This document shows, piece after piece, positions 41,674-51,427 of a DNA stretch of 64,000 bases; the stretch's first letter is position 1, and every line of letters begins with the position of its first letter. Source of the DNA: Candidatus Amesbacteria bacterium GW2011_GWB1_47_19 (GTDB taxonomy: Bacteria > Patescibacteriota > Microgenomatia > CAZETR01 > Amesbacteraceae). The position numbers and the translations under genes were made by a program. The DNA is taken from assembly GCA_001002325.1 (NCBI GenBank), contig LCNZ01000005.1, positions 18,274-82,273 on the forward strand, given 5' to 3'. The notes under the pieces are model-generated. The model made no database searches and was not told where the DNA came from. It saw nothing but the letters and a program-made list of their open reading frames with translations.

Positions 41674-43384
41674 ACCAACCCAGGAGCAGCCGGGCAGGGA
41701 TATTATATGTCACACCAGCGCTACCGGCGGAAACTAGAAGAGATTTTGGAGAAATATCAGGAATATATGATGAGAATAATGACAGGGGATAGGTTTGGCT
41801 GGAAAAAGGCGGCATTACACCCAGGTCAGAAGGAGGAACGGGGGAAATATTCAGATTTTCGGGTTTGAGCAACAGCCGGGGATGATTTACTGACTGACCG
41901 GAGGGGTTGGAGATCCTGAGGTCCGAAAAAAATATCGGCAGGGGAAGAATCTGGAAAGGCGGAGTCCAGGAAATTGAAAGGGAGGGAGGTAGATATTCAC
42001 GGAATTTGGACAAAGTAATTTCTACATCCCGGGAACTGGAACCGGTATCGTAGAGACCGGCCGCGACAGGATAGGAAGCGTCGACACCATGAATGGTAAA
42101 TGCGAAGTGATTGAAGTCAAATTTAGAAAAATAATCCAAACCCCCGGTGGTGTTTTCCCAAGTGGGATCAACACTAATCCAAGCCCCAGACTGGCTGTCC
42201 CAGTATTCAGGCCAAGCGTGAAGAATGTCTTGCTGGAGACTGAGGGGACGGAGGCGGCTGTCCGTGGTATATGCGTAACCGTTCAGCTCCCTGGCAGGGA
42301 TACCGGCCGCATGGGCAAGGGTGATGAAAAGATCAGTAAAGTCCTGGCAGCGGCTTTTTGATGGGTCATCGAGGATTGCGGACGATGTACGCCGGGAGGC
42401 TGCGGGCCCGATTTCGGAATAATCGTAATCCAATAGTTTGACTACGTAATCATAAATATCGCGGGGCGTACGATGTTTTTTGACCAGATCTGCAATCCGG
42501 TCATCTGAAACAATCCAGTAATCCGAAGGCTGTGTGTAAACTGACAAATCAGTAGGCGGGTCCGAAACCGCACCGGGTTCAGCCAGCAGATGAACCTGCC
42601 CGGAAGCAGTAACTTTCAGTTCCTGACCGGCGGTCAGTAAATACTGGGCCAACCAGTTACCATCGGCATCAGCCAGGACATTTTGGGGGGCGGGATTTAA
42701 CGAATCGTAAAATACTTTTTGATATGCGGTATCCGGAGGTAAAGCTATCTCGGTAAGAATCGGCTCGGAACGGGTATTGGTAAGCGGGTAAGACAGGCGG
42801 AAATCAAAAACCTGAAAATTGCCAAACGCTGCGGAAATACCTACGGAATCCGCAACTGAGGGGGAGAAGAGATAAACATTGTCAACACTTTCGCGGATTG
42901 ATGACGAAGGCGGAGGGGATATATAAGCCGGATCTCCGAATGATGAAGGAACAATCAGGCGGAAATCATGAGAGATTCGGGGAAGGTTAATTTCCCAAAT
43001 CTGGCCCTTTTTAACTGCGGGCTGGCCTTCGTAACGGATAGTAAAAACGCGGGTCTGGTCTTTACCCACCAGGGGTGTGGGAAATTCGATGGTAATAAGA
43101 TATGTGTCCGATCCCTCGGAAACTGTAGTGGTTTTGAGCGGCCCACCGGTATCGGAGGCGGAAAAGTTTTTTGGCAGCTCGCCGGAAAACTTCAGCTGAT
43201 AAGAAGGAGCGTAAATTTTGGACTGCAGGTTGGTGAGTGTTACCTGCTGGGTAACTGCAGAGATACCGGAGGAGGCGAAACGATAATCCATGGAGACGGT
43301 AGATTCGAAATTCGCTGCATGAGCGGAGGAGAGGGTGAGGGTAAGGAATTGAAAGACAAACAGAGAGAATAATCGATACCGCAT
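41543..43384 (-). CDS. Transglutaminase-like domain protein, secreted with C-terminal TM
   Basis: Cys-His-Asp core CQDFTDLFITLAHAAGIPAR...HAWPEYW...D. Signal peptide and C-terminal TM with basic tail. Confidence 0.7.
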   Translation of the reverse strand: MRYRLFSLFVFQFLTLTLSSAHAANFESTVSMDYRFASSGISAVTQQVTLTNLQSKIYAPSYQLKFSGELPKNFSASDTGGPLKTTTVSEGSDTYLITIEFPTPLVGKDQTRVFTIRYEGQPAVKKGQIWEINLPRISHDFRLIVPSSFGDPAYISPPPSSSIRESVDNVYLFSPSVADSVGISAAFGNFQVFDFRLSYPLTNTRSEPILTEIALPPDTAYQKVFYDSLNPAPQNVLADADGNWLAQYLLTAGQELKVTASGQVHLLAEPGAVSDPPTDLSVYTQPSDYWIVSDDRIADLVKKHRTPRDIYDYVVKLLDYDYSEIGPAASRRTSSAILDDPSKSRCQDFTDLFITLAHAAGIPARELNGYAYTTDSRLRPLSLQQDILHAWPEYWDSQSGAWISVDPTWENTTGGLDYFSKFDFNHFAFTIHGVDASYPVAAGLYDTGSSSRDVEITLSKFREYLPPSLSISWTPPFQILPLPIFFSDLRISNPSGQSVNHPRLLLKPENLNISPVPPSDLGVMPPFSSQTYPLSLFSSYIPDISPKSLLVSAGSAGVTYNIPARLLLGWYVAFIIFTAVSLIFVALIAYRTWSLFLQRRRRQNPLRRQSQKP

Positions 43385-43396
43385 ACGGTAATTTTA

Positions 43397-46237
43397 CTAT
43401 TTCAGGAACCGCCCCGTAGGGGAACCGGAGACGGATGCCAGTTTATGAGGCGGTCCGGCAGCAATCAAACGCCCGCCGTCATCGCCACCTTCGGGACCGA
43501 GCTCTATAATCCAGTCGGCATTTTTTATAACATCCAAATTATGCTCGATGACCACCACGGTGTTACCCGCGGCAACCAAACGGTGAAGGACCAAAAGAAG
43601 TTTTTCCAAATCGGCAAAATGCAGTCCGGTGGTGGGTTCGTCGAGTATATAAAAAGCCCTTTTGCCCGTAGAACGCTTGGATAATTCGGTGGCTAGCTTT
43701 ACCCGCTGGGCTTCACCTCCCGAAAGCGTTGGTGCAGGTTGTCCGAGGCGAATATAATCCAGGCCAACATCCTTTAAAGTCCGCAGTTTTTCCTGAGCCT
43801 GGGGAATGTTGGCAAAAAAATCCAGAGCCTCCTCGACTGTCATTTCTAACACGTCGGCGATGTTTTTATTTTTGAATGAGACTTCCAGAGTTTCGGAATT
43901 GTAGCGTGAACCCCCACAGAGTTCACATTTGACGTAAACATCGGGCAAAAACTGCATTTCTATTTTGATCTGTCCTTCCCCCTGGCAATTTTCGCAGCGG
44001 CCGCCCCTGACGTTAAATGAAAACCTACCGGGCAGATAACCGCGGATACGGGCTTGGGAGGTGAGGGCGAAAATATCGCGGACCGGCGTAAAAAGTCCGG
44101 TGTATGTAGCGGGATTTGAGCGGGGGGTGCGGCCGATGGGAGACTGATCGACCATGATGACCCGGCTAATACTGTCCATTCCTTCCAAACGATCAAACGT
44201 ACCTGGTTTTTCGCGGTGTTCCCGGCTCAAGTGAGATGCCAGGGCATGATATAAAATATCTATCAAAAGAGTAGATTTACCTGAACCGGAAACACCGGCA
44301 ACAACTATGAATTTTCCCAAAGGGAAACTGACGTCAATATGCTGCAAATTGTGTTCGGAAGCACCGTATACAGTCAGTTGATCAGTGGTCAGATGACTGG
44401 TGAGGGGGAGCGGCCGGAGAGTGATCTGTTTTTTACCGGACAGATATTGACCGGTAAGGGAAGCGGGATCGGAAGCGATATGGCGGGGAGTACCTCGGGA
44501 AACAATTTTGCCCCCGTGATCTCCGGCTCCTGGCCCGAAATCGATAATCCAGTCACTCTGATTCATCATATCCCGGTCGTGTTCGACTACAATTACAGAG
44601 TTTCCCAGGTCACGCAGGCGTTTGAGAGTGTCGATCAAGCGTTGATTGTCCCGCTGATGCAGACCAATCGACGGTTCATCCAGAACGTATAAAACCCCTG
44701 ACAGACCGCTGCCAATCTGCGAAGCCAGGCGAATACGCTGGGCTTCTCCGCCGGCCAGGGAGTTAGCCGGGCGGTCCAGTGTCAGATAATCCAAGCCCAC
44801 GGACACAAGAAAATTAAGCCGTTCGGATATTTCCTTGAGTATGGGACGGGAGACAGTCTGATCACGCGAATTCAATGAAGGAAGAGAGCCAAGAACCGAC
44901 AAAGTTCCGGTTATGGACATACGGGTAATTTCAACAATGGATTTTGCGTCAATAGTTACGGAAAGGGCTTCCGGTTTGAGACGAGCTCCACGGCAGGAAG
45001 GGCAAATTTCCTTGCGCATATATTTTTCTATCTCGTTTCTTATGAAGTCGGATTGGGTTTGACGGTGGCGGCGGGAGAGATTGGGAATAATGCCTTCAAA
45101 AGAAATGATTTCATCGGTACCGAATAAAAGGATTTTCTTCTGAGACGGGGTTAATTCCTTAATCGGGATACGCAGGGGGACGATGGCGCCGATTTTTTGG
45201 GAAAACCAGGAATCGTAACTGAAAATATTGGCATAAGGAAGTATTCCCCCCTCACTGATAGTCAGATTGGGATTGAGGATGAGATTTTCGTCAATTTTGA
45301 GAAGTGTTCCCAACCCTGTGCAGGTAGTACAAGCACCATGGGGAGAATTGAAGGAAAACATCCGGGGTTCGATGGGGGGAAGAGATATATTGTCGACGGG
45401 ACAGGAAAATTTTTCAGAAAATAAGTGGTCATCCAGATGTGAAGGACGATCTGGCAGATCGAAAGATTTGTCAAGAATTTCCGTGACTATGCACAGACCC
45501 TCAGACAGTTTTAGTGCCTGTTCGACCGAGTCAAACAGGCGGCTGCGCAACGAGGAAATATCGACCAACTGCGGTTTGGTGACCGAAAGACGATCTATCA
45601 CCACGTCGATGGCGTGCTTGTTGTTTTTCAGAAGAAAAACGTCTTCGTCCAGTCCTACAATCTTGCCGTCGATACGAATCTGAGAATAACCTTTTTGGCG
45701 AAGACTGCCAAAAAGGTCTTTAAATTCTCCTTTTCTATCTCTGATTACGGGAGACAGCAGCAGAAAACGGAATTGCCTGTGAGCAGAAAGTTTTTCGCGG
45801 GTAAGGACAAATATTTGTTCCACGATTTGCTGGGCGGACATTTGAGATATCTCTCGGCCGCATTTCGGACAGTGGGGGTGACCGATCCGGGCGAATAAAA
45901 GACGGAGATAGTCGTAAATTTCGGTGACCGTACCGACCGTGGAACGGGGATTATGGGAAGCACTTTTCTGATCTATGGAAATGGCCGGGGAAAGACCGGT
46001 AATATTGTCTACATCGGGTTTGTCCATGACTCCCAGGAATTGACGGGCATAAGAGGATAATGATTCCACGTAACGCCGCTGGCCTTCGGCATAGATGGTA
46101 TCAAATGCCATTGAGCTTTTGCCGGAACCTGATAGACCGGTAAAGACCACCAACTTATTTTTGGGAATGTCCAAATCGACATTTTTCAGGTTATGTTCAC
46201 GGGCACCCCTGACTTTGATGAAATCGTTCATTTTCAA
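43397..46237 (-). CDS. uvrA: Excinuclease ABC subunit A
   Basis: Two ABC ATPase modules with Walker A (GLSGSGKSS, GVSGSGKST) and zinc-finger CxxC pairs. The better start is probably the ATG at 46231 (MNDFIKVRGAREHNL). Confidence 0.95.
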   Translation of the reverse strand: MKMNDFIKVRGAREHNLKNVDLDIPKNKLVVFTGLSGSGKSSMAFDTIYAEGQRRYVESLSSYARQFLGVMDKPDVDNITGLSPAISIDQKSASHNPRSTVGTVTEIYDYLRLLFARIGHPHCPKCGREISQMSAQQIVEQIFVLTREKLSAHRQFRFLLLSPVIRDRKGEFKDLFGSLRQKGYSQIRIDGKIVGLDEDVFLLKNNKHAIDVVIDRLSVTKPQLVDISSLRSRLFDSVEQALKLSEGLCIVTEILDKSFDLPDRPSHLDDHLFSEKFSCPVDNISLPPIEPRMFSFNSPHGACTTCTGLGTLLKIDENLILNPNLTISEGGILPYANIFSYDSWFSQKIGAIVPLRIPIKELTPSQKKILLFGTDEIISFEGIIPNLSRRHRQTQSDFIRNEIEKYMRKEICPSCRGARLKPEALSVTIDAKSIVEITRMSITGTLSVLGSLPSLNSRDQTVSRPILKEISERLNFLVSVGLDYLTLDRPANSLAGGEAQRIRLASQIGSGLSGVLYVLDEPSIGLHQRDNQRLIDTLKRLRDLGNSVIVVEHDRDMMNQSDWIIDFGPGAGDHGGKIVSRGTPRHIASDPASLTGQYLSGKKQITLRPLPLTSHLTTDQLTVYGASEHNLQHIDVSFPLGKFIVVAGVSGSGKSTLLIDILYHALASHLSREHREKPGTFDRLEGMDSISRVIMVDQSPIGRTPRSNPATYTGLFTPVRDIFALTSQARIRGYLPGRFSFNVRGGRCENCQGEGQIKIEMQFLPDVYVKCELCGGSRYNSETLEVSFKNKNIADVLEMTVEEALDFFANIPQAQEKLRTLKDVGLDYIRLGQPAPTLSGGEAQRVKLATELSKRSTGKRAFYILDEPTTGLHFADLEKLLLVLHRLVAAGNTVVVIEHNLDVIKNADWIIELGPEGGDDGGRLIAAGPPHKLASVSGSPTGRFLK

Positions 46238-46243
46238 ACAATT

Positions 46244-46273
46244 ATTGTACTACGGGTTTCGGGTTTTGTTCAA
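46244..46273 (-). promoter_or_regulatory. candidate sigma70-type promoter of uvrA (TTGAAC-N18-TACAAT), near-leaderless
   Basis: Read on the minus strand, TTGAAC (46273-46268) and TACAAT (46249-46244). The -10 ends 12 nt before the ATG at 46231. Confidence 0.35.
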
Positions 46274-46532
46274 GTATCAGAAGAGGTTATTTGGAAAGAT
46301 GCTTACCATCCTGGGTCACATGTTTTTTTAAGCATTCCGGTTTCCTGGTTTGAGGAGCTTTTTGGGGATTTCCGGGATGATGAAGTTTTTCGGTCCGGGG
46401 CTTGGGTTTCCAACCTTTCATGAATTCCGCCGATACCATGGTATTTTTATAATTAAATGAAGCTGACTATTTGTCAATAAGAGATTTTAGAGAATCCTTT
46501 ATAATATGCTATAGGTTATGATATAATAACGA

Positions 46533-46781
46533 ATGGGAAAAAATGAAACAGAAAGCGATATTCATTGTGAGGTGATAGGCGATGTATGTAAGCATATAGG
46601 TGAAGGAAGGGGGAAATGTATGTTTTGTACGGATGCAACGAGACACTTTATTGATTTGGTAAAAAAACTGGGTATTAAAAAAGGTGAAATTAAAACCGAC
46701 GGGTCTGAGGACGGTAACAGATTTACGGTGTATACAGATAATGGCTGGAGACGGAGTATAAGGAGCGGTAGGATCAGCTAA
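46533..46781 (+). CDS. hypothetical small Cys-rich protein
   Basis: 82 aa with HCEVIGDVCKH and GKCMFC (possible zinc knuckle). Lies between uvrA and uvrB on the opposite strand. Confidence 0.3.
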   Translation: MGKNETESDIHCEVIGDVCKHIGEGRGKCMFCTDATRHFIDLVKKLGIKKGEIKTDGSEDGNRFTVYTDNGWRRSIRSGRIS

Positions 46782-46787
46782 GTTCAG

Positions 46788-48818
46788 TTACTTATCTTTT
46801 AAACCTCGAATCTCGGCTATACGGTCGCGGATTTTGGCGGCAAGTTCGAAATCCAGGTTTTTGGCGGCCCTGATCATGTCACGGTTCATTATTTTTACCA
46901 GTTTGGTGAGGTCCGAAGGGGTAAGCTGGAAAACACGAGACATGTCCACATCGGAAGCGTCAAGTGAACGGCCTTTGAGAATCTGTGCGGGATCGAGTTT
47001 GACCGGAGAGTCTTCGGTTGCTGCCTCGACAATCCTTTCCCGGATGGGCTTGGTAATACTGGCAGGAATAATATGGTGTTTGAGGTTATATTCCAGCTGG
47101 ATCTCTCTCCGGCGTTCGACCTCGGAGATAGCATGGCGCATGGAGTCAGTAATGTGATCAGCATACATAATCACCTGACCGTCTACATGACGGGCAGCTC
47201 TGCCCATGGTCTGAATCAGGGACGTTCGGGATCGCAAAAATCCTTCCTTGTCCGCATCCAAAATTGCCACCAGCGAAACTTCGGGTAAATCCAAACCTTC
47301 GCGCAATAAATTGATGCCTACTACCACATCGTAAGTTCCGGAGCGCAAATCGCTGAGCACATCCAGGCGGGTTAAGGTCTCGATATCCGCATGCAGATAA
47401 TGGACTTTTATGCCGTGTTCCTGAAGGTAGGCGGACAGATCTTCAGCCATCCTTTTGGTAAGGGTGGTAACCAGAACCCGCTGACCGCGGGAGGTGCGAT
47501 CTGAGATATGAGAAACGAGAGATGAAATTTGATTTTTGGTCGGTAGAACCAGGATCTGTGGGTCAACCAGGCCGGTGGGACGGATGAGCTGTTCGACTAT
47601 TTGACCCGATGACAGGGATATTTCCCAGTCGTTGGGAGTAGCAGAGGTGTACATTGTCAACCCCATACGCCTCTGGAATTCGTCAAACTTGAGCGGCCGG
47701 TTGTCCAGAGCAGAAGGCAAGCGGAAACCAAAATCTATAAGTGTCTGCTTGCGGGATCTGTCTCCGTTGTACATTCCGCGGACCTGAGGGACCGTAATGT
47801 GAGACTCGTCGATAATCAATAAGTAATCCTTGGGAAAATAATCAAGAAGACTGTATGGCGGGTCACCGGGATTACGACCGTCAAAATAACGGGAGTAATT
47901 TTCGATGCCGTTGACGTATCCCAATTCGCGGATCATTTCCAAATCGTAGGTGACACGCTGATGTAGCCGATGCGCCTCCAGAATTTTTCCTGATCCGCGC
48001 AGCAACTTTTCCTGTGAGGTCAAGTCGGAAGTGATCTGAGAAAATATTTCATTCTGATTATCGCGTGAAGCGATGTAATGCTTGGCGGGATAGATCACAT
48101 GATTGATGATTGGAGATTCAGGATTGATGATTTCTCCCGTAAAGGAATTAATTTTTTCAATTTTTGTGATTTTTATTCCGTCGTGACGGATGCGGACGGC
48201 CGTATCCTCATAAGCCGGATAGATATCGATTACTTCACCCCTGAGACGGTAAGTTCCCCGGCGGAAGTCAAAATCAGAGCGGGAATATTGAAGATGGTTG
48301 AGGCGCAGCGTGATCTGTTCCCGGGTAACTTTCAAACCGGGAACAAGTTCAAGTACAGATTTGCCATATTCAGCCGGTGAGCCGAGGTTGTAGATACATG
48401 AGACCGAAGCTACAACCAGAGTATCTTTGCGGGTAAGCAGGTTCGTGGTAGCTGCTAAACGAAGCTTGTCGATCTCGGCGTTGATGTCTGTTTCTTTTTC
48501 GATGTAAGTGTCGGTTGAGGGAATATATGCTTCGGGCTGGTAATAATCGTAATAGGACACAAAATATGAGACAGCGTTGTCAGGGAAATATTCTTTGAAT
48601 TCCTGATAAAGCTGGGCAGCTAGAGTCTTGTTATGGGAAATTATCAGAGTGGGTTTCTGATATGCAGCAATAACGTTGGCCATGGTAAAAGTTTTGCCGC
48701 TGCCGGTAACTCCCAGAAGCACCTGATGGGACTGGCCGGACTTCAGACCAGCGATCAATTTTTCAATCGCCTGTGGCTGATCACCGGTGGCATGATATGG
48801 AGAGACTAATTTAAACAT
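46788..48818 (-). CDS. uvrB: Excinuclease ABC subunit B
   Basis: Helicase motifs (GVTGSGKT, DESH) and the C-terminal UvrB/UvrC interaction domain. Confidence 0.95.
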   Translation of the reverse strand: MFKLVSPYHATGDQPQAIEKLIAGLKSGQSHQVLLGVTGSGKTFTMANVIAAYQKPTLIISHNKTLAAQLYQEFKEYFPDNAVSYFVSYYDYYQPEAYIPSTDTYIEKETDINAEIDKLRLAATTNLLTRKDTLVVASVSCIYNLGSPAEYGKSVLELVPGLKVTREQITLRLNHLQYSRSDFDFRRGTYRLRGEVIDIYPAYEDTAVRIRHDGIKITKIEKINSFTGEIINPESPIINHVIYPAKHYIASRDNQNEIFSQITSDLTSQEKLLRGSGKILEAHRLHQRVTYDLEMIRELGYVNGIENYSRYFDGRNPGDPPYSLLDYFPKDYLLIIDESHITVPQVRGMYNGDRSRKQTLIDFGFRLPSALDNRPLKFDEFQRRMGLTMYTSATPNDWEISLSSGQIVEQLIRPTGLVDPQILVLPTKNQISSLVSHISDRTSRGQRVLVTTLTKRMAEDLSAYLQEHGIKVHYLHADIETLTRLDVLSDLRSGTYDVVVGINLLREGLDLPEVSLVAILDADKEGFLRSRTSLIQTMGRAARHVDGQVIMYADHITDSMRHAISEVERRREIQLEYNLKHHIIPASITKPIRERIVEAATEDSPVKLDPAQILKGRSLDASDVDMSRVFQLTPSDLTKLVKIMNRDMIRAAKNLDFELAAKIRDRIAEIRGLKDK

Positions 48819-48830
48819 TTATTATGAGTA

Positions 48831-48860
48831 TTGACATTTGGGTAATGTTCGGTTTATATT
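48831..48860 (+). promoter_or_regulatory. candidate lexA promoter TTGACA-N17-TTATAT with embedded imperfect palindrome (possible SOS operator)
   Basis: TTGACA at 48831-48836 and TTATAT at 48854-48859, 7 nt before the lexA ATG. The spacer contains GACATttgggtaATGTTC. Confidence 0.4.
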
Positions 48861-48866
48861 ATAGAT

Positions 48867-49511
48867 ATGCCGGTGACACTTTACAACAGACAGAGACAAA
48901 TTTTAGATTTTATCGCCCAATTTATCCAGAGGAACGGTTACTCCCCTACTCTTCAGGAAATTGCTGGAGCTTTGGGAGTATCTTCCCTGGCAACGGTTCA
49001 TGAACACTTGGAAGCAATGTCTAAAAAAGGCATCATCAAAAGGTTTGAGGGCACGGTCCGGGGGATAGAAATCCTGGATAAGGAGGTGGCGGCCCGCCAG
49101 GCGGCGGGCCCAGCGGCCGTGGAACTGCCTATCTTAGGATTTATTGCCGCCGGGCAGCCGATTGAGCCGTTTACCGATCCCAACGCCACGTTCGGAGTAC
49201 CGCCACTGATGGTGTCACCGAAAAAGAGATGTTTCGTCCTGCAGGTAAAAGGTGAATCCATGATTGAAGCGGGGATTTTTGACAGGGACTACGTGGTGAT
49301 TGAACAAACAGAAACTGCAAAAGACGGGGAAGTGGTGGTAGCTTTGTTGGATAACGGGTTTGCTACCCTGAAGAGATTCTTTAAGGAGGCTACCAGAATC
49401 CGCCTGGAACCGGCCAATTCCAGCATGTCCCCTATTTTCGTGGCAGGTGATAAGGTCAGGATACAGGGGAAAGTAGTGGGAGTTATCAGAAGGTATAATC
49501 AGGTAAATTAG
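48867..49511 (+). CDS. lexA: LexA repressor
   Basis: N-terminal wHTH (LTxRQxxIL, TLQEIA) and C-terminal S24 peptidase with the Ser...Lys dyad region (VKGESMIEAGI...VVALLDNGFATLKRF). Confidence 0.85.
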   Translation: MPVTLYNRQRQILDFIAQFIQRNGYSPTLQEIAGALGVSSLATVHEHLEAMSKKGIIKRFEGTVRGIEILDKEVAARQAAGPAAVELPILGFIAAGQPIEPFTDPNATFGVPPLMVSPKKRCFVLQVKGESMIEAGIFDRDYVVIEQTETAKDGEVVVALLDNGFATLKRFFKEATRIRLEPANSSMSPIFVAGDKVRIQGKVVGVIRRYNQVN

Positions 49512-49832
49512 ATCCATATGAACGATATTCAGTATGATCAGTTGGTTCGTATATACGGACTTGAAAGAACCGACAAGTACGTAAGTGCAGTAGATGTTGA
49601 AAAATGTAATTATTATAGAATATTGGGATTATTAGCCTAAGCAGTAGAAGAGGTTGCTGCCCCCCCTGAGAATCCAGCCGTAAAAGTCATTATCAGAGAT
49701 GGTTTACGGCCTAATCATAGTCAATTACTAGGAGCGAGGAGGTTCAACCGTCGCGGAGGCAAGATTTTTATAAAGATAGGAAGAGAAGAAGATAATCCGA
49801 CATAGAAATAAGTTAAGAATTAAATCGCAAGA

Positions 49833-50453
49833 CTAACCACGGCGGAGACGGTTGGAAATGAAGTGGTAAATTATGGGAGCGACGGAGAGGAAGATGATGG
49901 CGAGGATGACCAGGGTGAAGTTGTGTTTGACGGTGGGGATATTGCCGAAGAAGTAACCGGTCAGGGTGAAAGCAAATACCCAAACCAGCCCTCCGAAGAT
50001 GTTATAAGAGATAAATTTGGAATATTCCATTTTGCCTATTCCGGCCACAAAGGGGGCAAAAGTTCGCACGATAGGTACAAAACGGGCCAGAAATATGGTT
50101 TTCCCCCCATGTTTGGCAAAAAAAGCATTGGTCTGGTCGATGTGGTGCTTGTTGATCGGGATTTTCGGGTTAGCGATAATTTTTTCACCGAAAAAATGGC
50201 CTATCCAATAATTGGCGGTGTCTCCCAGAACGGCAGCAAAAAAGAGCAGGCCCAATAAAAGATAAAGGTTAAGTGAACCCATGGCGGCAAAAGCACCGGA
50301 TGCGAACAAAAGACTGTCACCGGGAAGAAATGGGGTGATGACAAAGCCGGTTTCCAGAAAAATTATGAAAAACAAGATGGCATATACAAAAACACCGTAA
50401 TTGGCTATCAGCTCTCCCAGATGCACGTCGATATGCAGTATAAAATCGATCAC
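49833..50453 (-). CDS. DedA family membrane protein
   Basis: GFVITPFLPGDSLLFASGAFAA DedA signature. Confidence 0.8.
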   Translation of the reverse strand: MIDFILHIDVHLGELIANYGVFVYAILFFIIFLETGFVITPFLPGDSLLFASGAFAAMGSLNLYLLLGLLFFAAVLGDTANYWIGHFFGEKIIANPKIPINKHHIDQTNAFFAKHGGKTIFLARFVPIVRTFAPFVAGIGKMEYSKFISYNIFGGLVWVFAFTLTGYFFGNIPTVKHNFTLVILAIIFLSVAPIIYHFISNRLRRG

Positions 50454-50478
50454 AGGTTATAATAATAATGGATATATG

Positions 50479-51162
50479 GGTAAGTTGTACATAGTCGCCA
50501 CACCGATTGGTAATCTGGAAGACATTACCATCAGAGCGGTCAGGATTTTGCTGGAGACTGAAGTAATAGTGTGCGAGGATACAAGACGTACCGGGATCTT
50601 GATAAAACTTATTTTTGAAAAGTTCGGTACTTCAATTTTCAATTTTCAATATAAAAATTCCAAAAAAAAGAAATTTATTTCCGTCAGGGATTGGAATGAA
50701 GCGGAAATGTTACCAAAGGTGCTGGAAGAATTGGAGAAGGGGGATGTGGCTGTAGTAAGCGATGCCGGGACTCCCCTGTTATCAGACCCGGGTTTTAAGC
50801 TGGTGAGAGCCGCCAGAAAGGGTGGATTTAACGTCTCCCCTATCCCCGGTCCGTTCGCGGGAGCGGCGGCCCTGAGCGCCGCAGGATTGCCTACCAATAA
50901 ATTTATGTTTTGGGGATTTTTACCCAAAAAATGGGAGCTGTTACCCGGAATGACGCATGTGATTTATGAGTCACCGATAAGACTTAGTAAGACTTTGGAG
51001 ATTATTTCCGGGAGATATCCAAATGCGGAAGTTGTAGTAGCCAGGGAGATGACTAAGATACACGAGAAAATTTACAATTTTAAATTTGAAATTTTAAATC
51101 AAGAACAAAATTCAAAAACAAAGGGAGAGGCGACGATTCTGGTATATTTTCCGGAGATTTAA
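50479..51162 (+). CDS. rsmI: 16S rRNA (cytidine1402-2'-O)-methyltransferase
   Basis: LYIVATPIGNLEDIT...VCEDTRRT...VSDAGTPLLSDPG, the tetrapyrrole-methylase-fold RsmI pattern. Start chosen at MGKLYIV. Confidence 0.85.
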   Translation, partial: GKLYIVATPIGNLEDITIRAVRILLETEVIVCEDTRRTGILIKLIFEKFGTSIFNFQYKNSKKKKFISVRDWNEAEMLPKVLEELEKGDVAVVSDAGTPLLSDPGFKLVRAARKGGFNVSPIPGPFAGAAALSAAGLPTNKFMFWGFLPKKWELLPGMTHVIYESPIRLSKTLEIISGRYPNAEVVVAREMTKIHEKIYNFKFEILNQEQNSKTKGEATILVYFPEI

Positions 51163-51392
51163 AGTTTTGACTTGGTAACACTATTCGGAAAGAATCTTTT
51201 CATAGTTGACCTGGACGTTCGGATTTTAACTATACTAGGTTTGACAGCTGTTGATGCCAATATTTCAAGATCCTCGGCGGTAGGATTTCTTGCTAAAAAA
51301 GCTAGTAAATATCCCCATGCTGTTACCGGACTGGGTATGGTTTGAGGTTCAACTTCTTTGAGGCGGATTGATTCATGTATTGCTTTTGCCAT
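51159..51392 (-). CDS. hypothetical small protein
   Basis: 77 aa ORF only. Confidence 0.25.
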   Translation of the reverse strand: MAKAIHESIRLKEVEPQTIPSPVTAWGYLLAFLARNPTAEDLEILASTAVKPSIVKIRTSRSTMKRFFPNSVTKSKL

Positions 51393-51427
51393 GACTGAAT
51401 TATACTACAAGCCGAAGCATTGTCAAT

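Noticed and set aside
49512-49832. Structured ncRNA (SRP RNA, RNase P, 6S) in the 320-bp lexA-DedA intergenic region
   Set aside because: No recognisable conserved motifs (SRP domain IV, RNase P P4) by eye. It cannot be supported without a covariance-model scan.
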